64,000 bases of DNA from a virus (taxonomy: Duplodnaviria > Caudoviricetes): IMG/VR virus record IMGVR_UViG_3300031951_000008. The stretch is one strand, 5' to 3'. The translations under genes and the position numbers were made by a program. Positions 18,673 through 29,338 of the stretch are shown in pieces. The notes beneath the pieces are model-generated. The model made no database searches. It was not told the origin of the DNA and worked only from the letters and a program-made list of their open reading frames with translations. Numbering within the stretch: the stretch's first letter is position 1; each line of letters opens with the position of its first letter.

Positions 18673-19686
18673 TTAGCTAGCCCCTCTAGATATCAATGGC
18701 GATAAATAAGAAACTTCGTTGATTATTGGTATTTGCAGGTTTAAGTGGCCTAATCCCTGTTGTACTAATTGTATGCCGTAACCATTGACCCAATCAGTCA
18801 GATTTTGGTGCTGCCAATATGGTTGCAATTTGCAGATACAACCAGGATTCCAAGCTCCTATCGGCCCGCTGGCTACAGTTCTCTTAGTGGCCAAATCCAT
18901 CCTGTGTGTATGCCCGAACCAAATATTAGAATTATATTTAGCCAAATGCGAAGCTGCTGCCGATTTATTTGTATATTGACCGTGGGTGAAATAACAATTA
19001 TCTCTCTTAATGGTGCCCGGCACTTGGCAATCGTCATACCATTCGCCTTGCTTATAGAGCAGTATACCACGCTTTTTCAGATTTAACACAATGTCGGTTG
19101 AGAAGAACTGGGATAGATATTCTAAGTCTTTCTTACTCCCTTTATTAGAGCGTAAGGTCGTAGTAACGATATATTTCTCTATACGTCTTTCGTGGTTGCC
19201 CTCTAGATATTCGATCTTGGCTTTTGGAGCTACAGATTGGATTTTATCTAACAACTGATTAGTCGCGTTACAATCGTCTTCGAAAGTGTAATCAGCTTCT
19301 GCTACATAGCCCCAGGTATGGTGTTCTGCTAAGAATCCTCCACAATCTAAGTGATCTCCTAGCATTATTATCGAATCAGGGTTAAGCATTTTGATATCTG
19401 CTAGCATGGCTGCAGCGACAGCCTCGTCGATGTAGCACCCATGTGAATCTGGTATTATGACGCGAAGAGTAACACCGCCTTTCACGCTCCTAGACCTGGT
19501 GTCTAGCTTCAGCTTTACCCGGCTTTCTCTTATTCGCGATAGCGTAGTATTAAGCCTTTGATTAGCGTCTTGGAGCCGTTTTATTTGAAGCTCTAGCTCC
19601 TTTATTCGTTCTTCGGCCTGATTTAGTTTATCAGACGAGTATACTTTGGTCTTATGGTACTTGTCTAAAGACTTTCGTATAGACAT
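18673..19686 (-). CDS. Calcineurin-like metallophosphoesterase with N-terminal coiled coil
   Basis: PDSH, GDHLD, GNHE, THG and GHTH motifs all present. Confidence 0.85.
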   Translation of the reverse strand: MSIRKSLDKYHKTKVYSSDKLNQAEERIKELELQIKRLQDANQRLNTTLSRIRESRVKLKLDTRSRSVKGGVTLRVIIPDSHGCYIDEAVAAAMLADIKMLNPDSIIMLGDHLDCGGFLAEHHTWGYVAEADYTFEDDCNATNQLLDKIQSVAPKAKIEYLEGNHERRIEKYIVTTTLRSNKGSKKDLEYLSQFFSTDIVLNLKKRGILLYKQGEWYDDCQVPGTIKRDNCYFTHGQYTNKSAAASHLAKYNSNIWFGHTHRMDLATKRTVASGPIGAWNPGCICKLQPYWQHQNLTDWVNGYGIQLVQQGLGHLNLQIPIINEVSYLSPLISRGAS

Positions 19687-19693
19687 TTAAGCC

Positions 19694-19987
19694 TCATTTG
19701 CTAAGCTTTTCGATGAGACGCGAGATTCTTGCAGGGGTCAGGTTGTCGCAATAATCAGTGCTATCTTTCAAAAATCGTAGCAGGCTTGCTTTTGAAGGCA
19801 GTATCGCCCTCGTTTCGCCCTTGTTGATCCAATCGGTCACGAACTCAACTAGCTCTTGTGCCGCAGCAGCGTTTGATGATTGTAGACCAGAAAACCAGTC
19901 TACTGCTCCAGATTTCTGGACATATCTCGATCTATCGTTGCGAGCTTTAGCCAATAAAGGATTTGCTTGTGTTTTTTTCTTGGCCAT
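19694..19987 (-). CDS. Hypothetical protein
   Basis: 97-aa ORF directly upstream of the phosphoesterase. Confidence 0.65.
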   Translation of the reverse strand: MAKKKTQANPLLAKARNDRSRYVQKSGAVDWFSGLQSSNAAAAQELVEFVTDWINKGETRAILPSKASLLRFLKDSTDYCDNLTPARISRLIEKLSK

Positions 19988-20070
19988 CTTTATGCCCTGT
20001 ATTAAGCCTTGTTATATTTGCTACATCAAATCTATCATATCAAGTAGATTACTCAAGAAAGGAGCATTTG

Positions 20071-20385
20071 ATGCTAGATATAATTCAGCAAATAGCGAGT
20101 TTGATCGACGCAGAATCACACAATGCTTGTGATAGCCAAATAGCTGGCCTAACAACTGGCTTTGAGACAGGCAATGATGTGGATGGGCATTATCAAAACT
20201 ATATGTTCTTCCGTAATATTAAACATATGCGTGATCTACTAGACGAGATGCTTAACTATGACCAGGAGCAGATAGATCAATTGTTATCAGATGGTCATGA
20301 TTGGGCGAGTGATCATGTTTCTGCTGCAATGGAAAATTTGGAGCAAGTCGCTGGTTGGCTTAATGGCGAGCTAGACCGAAGTTGA
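20071..20385 (+). CDS. Conserved phage hypothetical protein
   Basis: AAGGAG SD before ATG 20071; NYMFFRNIKHM..GHDWASDHV pattern familiar from environmental phages. Confidence 0.65.
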   Translation: MLDIIQQIASLIDAESHNACDSQIAGLTTGFETGNDVDGHYQNYMFFRNIKHMRDLLDEMLNYDQEQIDQLLSDGHDWASDHVSAAMENLEQVAGWLNGELDRS

Positions 20386-20691
20386 TATGTTGCGTATCAT
20401 AGTGTTAACGTTATTTAAGTCTTGATCTAAATTACCTATCTGATCAAGGCTTTTGCCCATGTCGTTTTGACCTTGTTGTAGATTCTTTCCGATATCAGTC
20501 ACAGACTTTTCTAGCTTTTTAAATTGGGGCTGTAACAGCTTTTTACGTTCCGCTTCCTGTCTTTTTCTATCCTGGTCTTGTTGACGCATTCTCTGTGTCT
20601 GGGCTGCTTTATTTGCATCCCTGTCTATTGCGGAATTGGTTAAGTCAAGCTCTTCCAGGACCGTCTCTAACGTCTTTAAGAATTTATTCAT
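20371..20691 (-). CDS. Coiled-coil hypothetical protein
   Basis: 106 aa, Gln/Lys-rich helical composition. Confidence 0.65.
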   Translation of the reverse strand: MNKFLKTLETVLEELDLTNSAIDRDANKAAQTQRMRQQDQDRKRQEAERKKLLQPQFKKLEKSVTDIGKNLQQGQNDMGKSLDQIGNLDQDLNNVNTMIRNISTSV

Positions 20692-21406
20692 CGTCTTCTG
20701 GGCTGCCTTCTACGCCTTTTGATCCACCTTGCGACCCGCTGCCTCTATTGCCTTTAACGGCTTTAGGGCGATATTTACTCTTGTCCCCGAAAATATCTGG
20801 GAAAGCCGATGTAGGGTCTAGCCGGAGTTGAGTGCAGATTTGAGAAGCTAAGCCCATCGATGGATTACGCCCTTGTGGGTCACCTTGTACGTCTTTTGGC
20901 TTTCTTAGAATGCGGGAGATAGCAGGAGGATCTACACCTACTGCTCTTGCAAGACTCGTGACTGTAAAGCCTCGGTCTTGCATTGCACGGACAATTGGTT
21001 TTCTGTCTACAGTCGCTATATCGATGTTTTGAGCAATCGAAGATTCTTCCGGCTTTTCATCCTCGGTCAACGTCTTACTAATTTTGTTCCAATTCTGCAA
21101 CAAGGTGTTAGTAAATATGTCATATTGTTCGGTTTGATGTTCCATAACATCATTAGCAGCAGTCGCTTTAGTCGGGACTAGCATAGTGTGCCCAGCATCA
21201 CTCATCCATACCATATATTCACCATGTGGGATCGCTAAGGCCTTAGAGGCCAATATTCCAACGTTTAGTATTGCACCTTCTGTGAGGTGATGGTGTAGAT
21301 CATCTTTACTATCGAAGCCAGTATTGATTAGTTCGACCATATTGTCGAATTCACGCAGTGTGCTGTCATTGATTAGGATGTCAAGCTTCGTAGTCAGTTT
21401 GTTCAT
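20684..21406 (-). CDS. XRE-type helix-turn-helix protein
   Basis: RAMQDRGFTVTSLARAVGVDPPAISRIL; AAGGAG SD. Confidence 0.75.
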   Translation of the reverse strand: MNKLTTKLDILINDSTLREFDNMVELINTGFDSKDDLHHHLTEGAILNVGILASKALAIPHGEYMVWMSDAGHTMLVPTKATAANDVMEHQTEQYDIFTNTLLQNWNKISKTLTEDEKPEESSIAQNIDIATVDRKPIVRAMQDRGFTVTSLARAVGVDPPAISRILRKPKDVQGDPQGRNPSMGLASQICTQLRLDPTSAFPDIFGDKSKYRPKAVKGNRGSGSQGGSKGVEGSPEDDE

Positions 21407-21445
21407 GTCTATCTCCTTATATCTATTTTTGACAAATCTAAGTGT

Positions 21446-21847
21446 ATGAGTATACTAATCTTTGAAGCAAAAAGTAATAAGTTAAAGGCAGCAGTCGGCA
21501 TCGTACAAGATCGTGACAGATGGCTGCTTGGATTATCTACAGCTAAGGACGATAGGCATAAAAAGTGGTGTTTTCCCGGCGGCGGAATAGACAGGGGTGA
21601 ATCGCCCAGGAATGCTGCTAAGAGAGAGGTATTAGAAGAAACTGGGATCAAGTGCTATACCGTTGGTGATATGATACAGACCTCAGATAAAAAACACGTT
21701 GCATTTTTCCACTGTAAGGTCAGTTCACACAATCAAAAGATCATTTTAAGCGACGAATTCTATGCTATCGGCTGGTTTAAGGCTTCTGATCTCAGAAACC
21801 TTGATCTATATCCTAATGTCCGGACACTTATAAATAAAATCAAATAG
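21446..21847 (+). CDS. Nudix hydrolase
   Basis: Nudix box GGGIDRGESPRNAAKREVLEETGI. Confidence 0.92.
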   Translation: MSILIFEAKSNKLKAAVGIVQDRDRWLLGLSTAKDDRHKKWCFPGGGIDRGESPRNAAKREVLEETGIKCYTVGDMIQTSDKKHVAFFHCKVSSHNQKIILSDEFYAIGWFKASDLRNLDLYPNVRTLINKIK

Positions 21848-21902
21848 CTAGCTCCGGTATTAATAGTCAAAAATCATATTAATACACTTTGAAAGGCAGC
21901 TA

Positions 21903-22889
21903 ATGTACCGTATAGACCCGCATTTACATCTCGGTGGAACTATATTCCCAGACGCTATTTGGGACATATTGCAAATAACAAAACAATACTATTTGGCCAG
22001 TGATCTAGAAGACGTTAAAAAGCAAGTAATGTTTGCCAGCGATGAGCCAAAAGAATTTCATCGATTTCTTAATAAGTTCAGATTATTAGATTCAATAAAT
22101 TGGAATGAACAAGCAATAGATAGATCCATTCAATCTGTTAGCAATTATCTAATAAAGCAGGGTCTTGATTATACTTGGATCGATTTTTCGATCAATAAGT
22201 ACATGGGAATCGGGTGGCATAAACATGAAGCCATACAATTTATATATGATAGGTTTAATACATATATTCCCGATAGATTTGGGCTTGTACTGTCGATTAA
22301 ATACGAGACATCGTTAACCCATCAGATAAGCTATACCAAGCTCTTAGAACACGAAGTATCTGAATTATTATTCGGTATCGACTGGGTCGGAGATGAAGCC
22401 TACTTTGACGGGTCTGTTTATCCTCCGATATTTAAAGAATGGGCAAGTGCTGGTAAGATGGTTAGAGTACATGCCGGTGAATCTCAATTCGCTAATAACG
22501 TGGTGCAGGCTATAAACGCTGGTGCGACCAACGTAGCACATGGTTTTAAGATACTTGGCAATGTATCTGCTATGGATCTTGCCTTGGACAAAGACATAAC
22601 ACTTGACATGTCGCTAATTAGTAATCGCATGACTGGTGTTTTTCAAAGGCTAGACCATCCGATTATTGGGCTACTTAGATATGGTATCAAGACTACACTT
22701 GGCAGTGACGACCCGGTACAATTCGACTCGTCTTTAGACAAAGAGCTAGAGTATGCCTCTAACATAGGGCTGGATAGGCAAGAACTATACAAGATTTCAA
22801 AAACCGCTTTTGACAATACGATACGGTTTTTGAAATCACAGAATAAAGCAATTCCAGCGCACTTAAGATCGATGTCTGCCGGATACTAA
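21903..22889 (+). CDS. Adenosine/AMP deaminase-family amidohydrolase
   Basis: HLHLGG, GDE, HAGE, AHG and GSDDP metal/catalytic motifs. Confidence 0.85.
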   Translation: MYRIDPHLHLGGTIFPDAIWDILQITKQYYLASDLEDVKKQVMFASDEPKEFHRFLNKFRLLDSINWNEQAIDRSIQSVSNYLIKQGLDYTWIDFSINKYMGIGWHKHEAIQFIYDRFNTYIPDRFGLVLSIKYETSLTHQISYTKLLEHEVSELLFGIDWVGDEAYFDGSVYPPIFKEWASAGKMVRVHAGESQFANNVVQAINAGATNVAHGFKILGNVSAMDLALDKDITLDMSLISNRMTGVFQRLDHPIIGLLRYGIKTTLGSDDPVQFDSSLDKELEYASNIGLDRQELYKISKTAFDNTIRFLKSQNKAIPAHLRSMSAGY

Positions 22890-23458
22890 GAGACTTCTTC
22901 GTTAGTCTTTTCTTTAGAAGCGTGCTCGTAGTGTTCTAAAGCCTGTGTGATCCTAGACATCTCGATCGACAGATTACCATGTCTTACAGCTACTTCAGCG
23001 AAACCGGTAATGCTCCAATCACTTTTGCGGATCTTAAGCACTGGCCTTCCTATATCGTCGACTACTACCTCTTCTTGTGCCGTCTCAGGCTGTTCATTTT
23101 CGTCATCATCGTCAGTACGAGGCTTCTTTTTTGCCTGCCTAACCTTCACATCGATTTTGCTGAGCAAGTGATCTAACAATGGGATTTGTTTGTCGGGGTG
23201 TTCCTTCCAAAAATCTCCGTCTATGAGGATTTCAGCGTCATAATTTTTGGTGATTCTGTCTTTAACCGGGACTATCTTCACCGATCCAAAGACGGGGTTG
23301 CCAGCCTCCTTAATGGCGGCTTGGCCTTCCTTACCAGCTACTACCATTAGAATCCCAACTTTAACTTGAGACTTAATGAGCAACGGGTGAAAGTCTTTAA
23401 TTACTTTGTTTGCAAGCAGACAACAATCATTAGACGCTTTGAAATAAATGGTTCCCAT
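22886..23458 (-). CDS. Phage metallopeptidase-like protein with degenerate zinc motif
   Basis: DAEILIDGDFW..IPLLDHLLSKI where family members usually carry DHELxH; start moved to MGTIYF (CAGGAA SD). Confidence 0.55.
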   Translation of the reverse strand: MGTIYFKASNDCCLLANKVIKDFHPLLIKSQVKVGILMVVAGKEGQAAIKEAGNPVFGSVKIVPVKDRITKNYDAEILIDGDFWKEHPDKQIPLLDHLLSKIDVKVRQAKKKPRTDDDDENEQPETAQEEVVVDDIGRPVLKIRKSDWSITGFAEVAVRHGNLSIEMSRITQALEHYEHASKEKTNEEVS

Positions 23459-23459
23459 G

Positions 23460-23768
23460 TTATTCCTGATTAAATTTAGAGAGTTCCTTTTCAATCGAAC
23501 GCAATTGTATCAGTAGAGGCTCCACCTTAGCGGCATACTGTTGACCCCAGTTGGCGGCGATATGTGCCTGACGCTCTTCCAGCGATTGCCCATCAAGCAT
23601 CTGACACCTTTTCCTGATCTCGTCGCCTTTCAATACATTGGTACGCATCAATATGCTGTCAAGCTTGTTGCGTATGTCACGCCAATTAGCTTGCATATCC
23701 TCATACTGTTTTTGCATGCCAGTTTGTTTTTTACCGACGATTTGATCGATTCCTCGTTTGATGCTCAT
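23460..23768 (-). CDS. Hypothetical protein
   Basis: 102-aa helical ORF. Confidence 0.65.
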   Translation of the reverse strand: MSIKRGIDQIVGKKQTGMQKQYEDMQANWRDIRNKLDSILMRTNVLKGDEIRKRCQMLDGQSLEERQAHIAANWGQQYAAKVEPLLIQLRSIEKELSKFNQE

Positions 23769-24145
23769 ATTTTCTCCCTGATGATTCGAACTTCCTGTGC
23801 ACCGCTTTTCATGACTATCTTACCATCAACTACTTCACATAGCTGATTGGCTACTTTTAGGAATTCTTCCTCGAACATGAGTTCAGGACCTATCTTACCA
23901 TGCCTTACTGGTAGGATATAATGGACACCACCCCTGGCTTGTGAATAGTTGCGGGATACTTCTTGTATCAACAGTTGAACCCGTAATGGCTCAAGATCCT
24001 TGACTTCAACATAGTAGACAGTTCTAATAGGCTTATCCGAAGCCACAATTTGTTCAGCACGCCTCTCTGCCTCATTGATTTGCTTGTTATTGATTACTAG
24101 TGGTGCGGTTTTATCCGTACGCTTGATTATTTTTTGAGGCTTCAT
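23765..24145 (-). CDS. Hypothetical protein
   Basis: Likely start MKPQKII. Confidence 0.6.
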   Translation of the reverse strand: MKPQKIIKRTDKTAPLVINNKQINEAERRAEQIVASDKPIRTVYYVEVKDLEPLRVQLLIQEVSRNYSQARGGVHYILPVRHGKIGPELMFEEEFLKVANQLCEVVDGKIVMKSGAQEVRIIREKI

Positions 24146-24170
24146 TGCGTAAGTATATTGGAGGAACAAC

Positions 24171-24503
24171 ATGTCAAACTTTGTATTATTTACATTCAGT
24201 AATGAATCAGATCAGCTAGCTTTCGTAAACGAGCTAGATAAATTGTCTACTAAGAGTATTATAGTAAAGAAGGCTTTAGCGAGCAAAAGCCTTAGCCGCG
24301 AAACCATCTTAGCCGCCGTTAGTAATAGTAAAACTTACGCCGTCTTTGTGTCTGGTAAAGAGGTATTAAAGGGATCACTTGACCAGTGCACTAAAAAATT
24401 TCAATTTGAAACAGCCAGCCACAGTGCCGGTGTCCAACTTAAAGAATACAACCCCGCTGATGAAAGTTGGAAGCCTATAAAATCAAGGACTTATGGAAAG
24501 TAA
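24171..24503 (+). CDS. Hypothetical protein
   Basis: GGAGG SD, 110 aa. Confidence 0.7.
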   Translation: MSNFVLFTFSNESDQLAFVNELDKLSTKSIIVKKALASKSLSRETILAAVSNSKTYAVFVSGKEVLKGSLDQCTKKFQFETASHSAGVQLKEYNPADESWKPIKSRTYGK

Positions 24504-25314
24504 AGAGCCATCCCGATCACCTGCCTTAGCATGTAAGCTAGGCTTGATTCGTTTTGGCCCTGCTACTACCAAACCACTCGGTGGGCTAAATCCATATTGC
24601 CCGGAATATAAATTAATAGGCGATCAGTTCGCTATAGTTCTAAAACGCCACGCTAGATTAAGGCCTGAATCAGCAATATTAGATTTAGGCTGTGGTACTG
24701 GTAGGTTGATTAAATCGATACAACCTTCTCCCAACTATGTTGGTTTCGATATTAATAGGTATTTTATTGAGTATTGCACAACAACATATACAGGCAACAA
24801 ATTCGTCCTTAGCGACATTTACAACGAGGAATTCAACGATACTGGTTCTATACCATCTGCAGAAGCTGTTTTGCCTTTTCCAGATAGTAGCTTTGATATA
24901 GTTGCATCATTTGGGGTATTTAACCATCTAGACATACAATCTGTTCTTAGATATGTTGACGAGAGTGCTCGTGTTCTCAAGAGAAATGGCTTCTTTATTT
25001 TTACAGCACTATTGCTTAATGATTATTCTTTAGGGCAGATCAAGCTAGGACTAACCAAGGCCCCATTCAAATTTCCATACCCTGATTCAGGTATGCGTTA
25101 TGAGCACAAAGACAGAAGATACCTTAATGTAGCTATTGAAGAGCAAGATGTACGGAGGCGATGCTTACGTAATAAACTAGCCATACAAGAGCCATTGCGG
25201 TATGGTCAATGGTGCAATAGTCACTTAGCAATTTCTGGACATGATGTCATTGTTGCTAAAAAGATCGATCATACTAGTTCAAGTAAAGTCGGTATAGTAC
25301 CGTTGCATAAATAA
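24493..25314 (+). CDS. Class I SAM-dependent methyltransferase
   Basis: ILDLGCGTG, YVGFDIN, LPFPDSSFDIV..GVFNHL. Confidence 0.9.
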   Translation: MESKEPSRSPALACKLGLIRFGPATTKPLGGLNPYCPEYKLIGDQFAIVLKRHARLRPESAILDLGCGTGRLIKSIQPSPNYVGFDINRYFIEYCTTTYTGNKFVLSDIYNEEFNDTGSIPSAEAVLPFPDSSFDIVASFGVFNHLDIQSVLRYVDESARVLKRNGFFIFTALLLNDYSLGQIKLGLTKAPFKFPYPDSGMRYEHKDRRYLNVAIEEQDVRRRCLRNKLAIQEPLRYGQWCNSHLAISGHDVIVAKKIDHTSSSKVGIVPLHK

Positions 25315-28300
25315 GTTTCTACGCCAATATTTTCAGTAGCAGACAAAAAGCGGTTAATCCTTACTTGGTCATTATTAAAATCAGGTCTGCCTAGCTCATC
25401 AACATACTTGGTAGTAGGACATGGTAATTGGCTTAATTGGGTAGTATTATCGCAAGAAGCTACCAAGCATCCACAATCTAAGCGATATGATGCAATACTT
25501 GAATTCAGTATGCCAGAGCCGAGCGTAAAGAGATAATTAGCGTCGGTTCCGAAGTCATTGCTTAAGTTCAAGCCTAGACCCTCTAGCACGTCATCATATA
25601 AACCTGATCTGCCTAAATCTTGACTAGTGTAAGCTTGATAACCGAAAATGCATGGGTAGCCATCGGCAAAGTCGTGATAGGAGTCTGTTCCGCACTGGCT
25701 GTAGCTATTAAATAATGGCTTGTTAGTGATAATATAACCATCAGACACTTCCGAACTATCAGAGATATCACAAGCCTGGTCTAAAGTAATAGCTGGATTA
25801 CCGCCTTGCATCTCTAAATAAACACTGTGTATCACGTCGGTGTCGACAAATTCCATGTCAGTACCTAGTGAATGGTCGCCTAAGTTGACAATATCTGGAG
25901 GTATTCCATTCCCAATAATCGAATAAAATACTTGATCATAAACTAGCGACTCGTTCCCGTCTGTGTCATTCTGCATGTAAAAATGTAAGAAAGATGGTTG
26001 ACTACCGCATGTTTTACCACAAACTTGCGAATAAGCATCATCCCACGGCCTCGCATTGAATTCAGCAATGTAGTCGTTCATAAGGGCATACATGTTTATA
26101 AAGCGACACCCAGGTAAATGTAGAGTCGCTTTCTCGATATTTATCTCAGGTCTCTGGAGAGCCAAATTATGTTTTTGATCCCATTCTACACTGCCTATTC
26201 TATTCGTGAAATGAATGGTTTCATTGGGGTTATCGTAAGCCCTATATAATTTAGACAATTGCGATAATGGTCGCGGGTCGTCGTATGATAAGTTAAGTTG
26301 TACACCTTGCGGCCCACTTGCATAATACTTTTGGCTAGCACTGCTTGAGCCGCCGCTGAATGTAGGGTTATCAGACTTGCTTTGTAATGACCTGTTAGCT
26401 GTGCCTTTTAGGGCCATTGTGGTTAAACTTGGATATGACCAGTATACCCCCGAACCCATTCCCAATCCACAGATTTTGTTGGTATAAGCTTCATTGAATG
26501 ATAATGAAGACTTGTAAGATATTGTATCCCCTACACGCCCTTTGTATTTGAAATCAATAGCCCCTGCATTATCACAGTATGATTCCCTTGCAGCCGGGCC
26601 ATCTGACTTGTATACTCCATCATTAGCCACCGATTTACTTGATTGGCTGTTATCGCCATTCTTAGGCAAGTATTCGTATACTGTCTTGTCCAGGTAGTTA
26701 TCAATAACTCTATCTTGCCCATACTCAGTATAAGCACAATGTGTGCCTTGTGGTACATTCGGCTCGATGACGCATAACGGTGAACTATCGCTTGGTCGGT
26801 TATCTAGCATTTTGTAAGCTAGATATTCTTCCATCAGATTCTTAAGTTTTCTCTGTCTTAATATAATATCTTCTGGCTTGTACCCAAGGCTAACTGGATC
26901 TAATTTACTGCACTCTTGCTCGTTAGGAGTGTTCGGTAATATTGCTGGGGGGACCTGCAATTTACCAATATCGGTATACCATTCTTGTGAATAAGTTCCG
27001 CCAACGCTTAGGTCAGTTACCTCGTACGTTTCATTTTGTTCGACACTTGTTTTGACAAGGTTCAGTAAGCTATGTAAAGCACGAATTCGTCTTAAGAATT
27101 CTAGCGAGAATTCTAGCGAAGTAGGGTCTGCAAAGTCCTCACCGTCCTTGATTAGTATTTGTATATCGAATTTGTTACTTTGATTATTAGTTAATGTCTC
27201 TGGTACTATTAATTCTTGTTTATAATATGTGGCAAAGATGAATATTCTATAATCGTCAGATTCTTCATGGTAGCCATTTAAGGTTAGGTTTAGAAAGTTA
27301 TCATCTCTGTCTAAACGTACGCCGGTTGTGGTAAGCGGATTTATCTGGCCTACAAATATTTGTTGCTTGTCTAATCCTAACTTGCCGGATACCAGGATTT
27401 GATTATGGCCAAGCAATCCTTGCGACCCTATTATTTGAAAAGAACTAACATCTAGAAAACCGGCATTATCTTGGATCACATCAACTGTGTCGCCGTACCC
27501 ATCTGGATTGGCTTTGATGCTATTGCTAATATTTTGTAGTTGTGTGTAGGCATCAGAGCCGTTTTCGACTATAAATGCGTCGATAGTGATGCTTCCACCA
27601 TCTAATCTTGCTTTATAATTATCTAAGCCACGTAAAACCTGTGGCCTGAATAGCAATGGGACTTTATATTGTATGTCAGTACCGGCTAGTACAGCATCAA
27701 GTAGGAGATCTACTTGTGGCAACTTTACGATATCTATCTGCTCCTGAACATACGCATCAGGTTGCTTATCGCCAGGCCTTATTAACCTCTTGCCGTCAGT
27801 AGACCAATATAAGTTCGATATTAATATTTCGAAGCCGAATAATCTGAACAGCTCAATTATAGCTTTTTTAGACCCTTTTAGATTCTGCAGGTCTACCGTT
27901 CTGCGGAGTACTGCTCTCCTTAGTTGATCGAGTGACTTGGGAAAATATGGAAGATCCCAACCTAACAAAGATGAAAGATATGGAATTATTTCTGGTTTTA
28001 CATCAAAAACCCAGTTTAGCCTCTCAAGTAGTCCCTGTTCGTCAGATATATCTTGCATCATATCTGTAAAGGGACGATATAATGCGACTGTGGTGTCTTG
28101 GGACTTGCTTGCGTTAGTGAGATATGGTGGTGGTGTATGTCGATAAAATTCTTCAAGCACCTCGCCCGGATGGTTTATTACTATACGAGTAGTCGCTAAA
28201 CCGACGTGCTGATCGTCTATACATAAAAACTGGTCTTCATCATCTTCTGATGTTATTCTATTATAATATTCCGCTACATATGATAGTATATAGCTGCCGC

Positions 28301-28757
28301 TAGGGAGGGTTTCTGTTTCAATTGCTATGTCCGATAGGTCATAATAGTCAGCTCCCTGATAATAGACGAGATCACCCTTTCTGCCTGATCTTGAGATATA
28401 CTCGATAATATCGCCATCTTGTATATCCGAGTAAGTGATCGTGGTCGTGCCTCTCCTGTAGGTATATTGAGATATATCGACGATTCTTTCTCTATAGTCA
28501 AAGGAGTTAAAATTTATAGCGTAAAGCTCTATATTAGGATGTCGCATTCCGACATGGTCATGCCCGGCCACCAGTGCTTCCTGAGGTACATTTTCGATAG
28601 CGACGCGAACATTAAAGATTCCTGAATTCGCTATAGGCTCCTCTAATGGGTTGCGTTTACGTGGTACCGTAAGCACAACCGGCATAGATATTGGTCGCCA
28701 ACCTGTACGATTATTGTTAACAGGCAACAGTGTAAAATATGGTTGATTCTTTGACAT
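25269..28757 (-). CDS. Large baseplate wedge-like structural protein (P2 gpI-like domain)
   Basis: YLSSLLGWDL...RRAVLRRTVDLQNLKGSKKAIIELFRLFG; 1162 aa; GAGGAG SD. Confidence 0.7.
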   Translation of the reverse strand: MSKNQPYFTLLPVNNNRTGWRPISMPVVLTVPRKRNPLEEPIANSGIFNVRVAIENVPQEALVAGHDHVGMRHPNIELYAINFNSFDYRERIVDISQYTYRRGTTTITYSDIQDGDIIEYISRSGRKGDLVYYQGADYYDLSDIAIETETLPSGSYILSYVAEYYNRITSEDDEDQFLCIDDQHVGLATTRIVINHPGEVLEEFYRHTPPPYLTNASKSQDTTVALYRPFTDMMQDISDEQGLLERLNWVFDVKPEIIPYLSSLLGWDLPYFPKSLDQLRRAVLRRTVDLQNLKGSKKAIIELFRLFGFEILISNLYWSTDGKRLIRPGDKQPDAYVQEQIDIVKLPQVDLLLDAVLAGTDIQYKVPLLFRPQVLRGLDNYKARLDGGSITIDAFIVENGSDAYTQLQNISNSIKANPDGYGDTVDVIQDNAGFLDVSSFQIIGSQGLLGHNQILVSGKLGLDKQQIFVGQINPLTTTGVRLDRDDNFLNLTLNGYHEESDDYRIFIFATYYKQELIVPETLTNNQSNKFDIQILIKDGEDFADPTSLEFSLEFLRRIRALHSLLNLVKTSVEQNETYEVTDLSVGGTYSQEWYTDIGKLQVPPAILPNTPNEQECSKLDPVSLGYKPEDIILRQRKLKNLMEEYLAYKMLDNRPSDSSPLCVIEPNVPQGTHCAYTEYGQDRVIDNYLDKTVYEYLPKNGDNSQSSKSVANDGVYKSDGPAARESYCDNAGAIDFKYKGRVGDTISYKSSLSFNEAYTNKICGLGMGSGVYWSYPSLTTMALKGTANRSLQSKSDNPTFSGGSSSASQKYYASGPQGVQLNLSYDDPRPLSQLSKLYRAYDNPNETIHFTNRIGSVEWDQKHNLALQRPEINIEKATLHLPGCRFINMYALMNDYIAEFNARPWDDAYSQVCGKTCGSQPSFLHFYMQNDTDGNESLVYDQVFYSIIGNGIPPDIVNLGDHSLGTDMEFVDTDVIHSVYLEMQGGNPAITLDQACDISDSSEVSDGYIITNKPLFNSYSQCGTDSYHDFADGYPCIFGYQAYTSQDLGRSGLYDDVLEGLGLNLSNDFGTDANYLFTLGSGILNSSIASYRLDCGCLVASCDNTTQLSQLPCPTTKYVDELGRPDFNNDQVRINRFLSATENIGVETYLCNGTIPTLLELV

Positions 28758-28834
28758 AGGCTCCTCATTTTTAGCTACTAGTATATTTTACGTATCTATT
28801 ATATGAGAGCTAAAATAAGAGTAAGGATAAAATT

Positions 28835-29329
28835 ATGATAGATACAAATGGTTCTGTGTTTTACCAAGACGATTATGGGCAGCTCTATAGGACGACTTGG
28901 GAGGTCAAATCTGACAGGATCTCTATTACGAGTGCTGTTTTCCAACCATACATATGGGGTAAAGAATCTGAAGTAATTAGACGCAATAATAACATATATA
29001 AGGAAGGCATTGTCACGGTTACTGAACAGATCTTACAACCTGTCGAATATGGTTATATAATTATAGCCGAAGGAACTACTCAGTACGAAGATTATATACA
29101 ACTAACTTTTAATTGCGAGATGGGTCCAAGAGACGATTTTAAATATCATCTCAACAATCTGTGTACAGACCAGGTAATATCAGCCATCACCTCTGGTCCT
29201 CGTTGGGCAGATCCGGATGATCCTAACGATGTTAATTGTGTATGGGCGGACGTGAATAACGATGGCAGCCCAGTTGACATTACCGCAACTGGAGGAGTAG
29301 ATATATTATCTTGGATCGATGTCTGGTAA
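28835..29329 (+). CDS. Putative structural/hypothetical protein
   Basis: 164 aa, acidic beta-rich. Confidence 0.6.
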   Translation: MIDTNGSVFYQDDYGQLYRTTWEVKSDRISITSAVFQPYIWGKESEVIRRNNNIYKEGIVTVTEQILQPVEYGYIIIAEGTTQYEDYIQLTFNCEMGPRDDFKYHLNNLCTDQVISAITSGPRWADPDDPNDVNCVWADVNNDGSPVDITATGGVDILSWIDVW

Positions 29330-29338
29330 TATCTGAAC

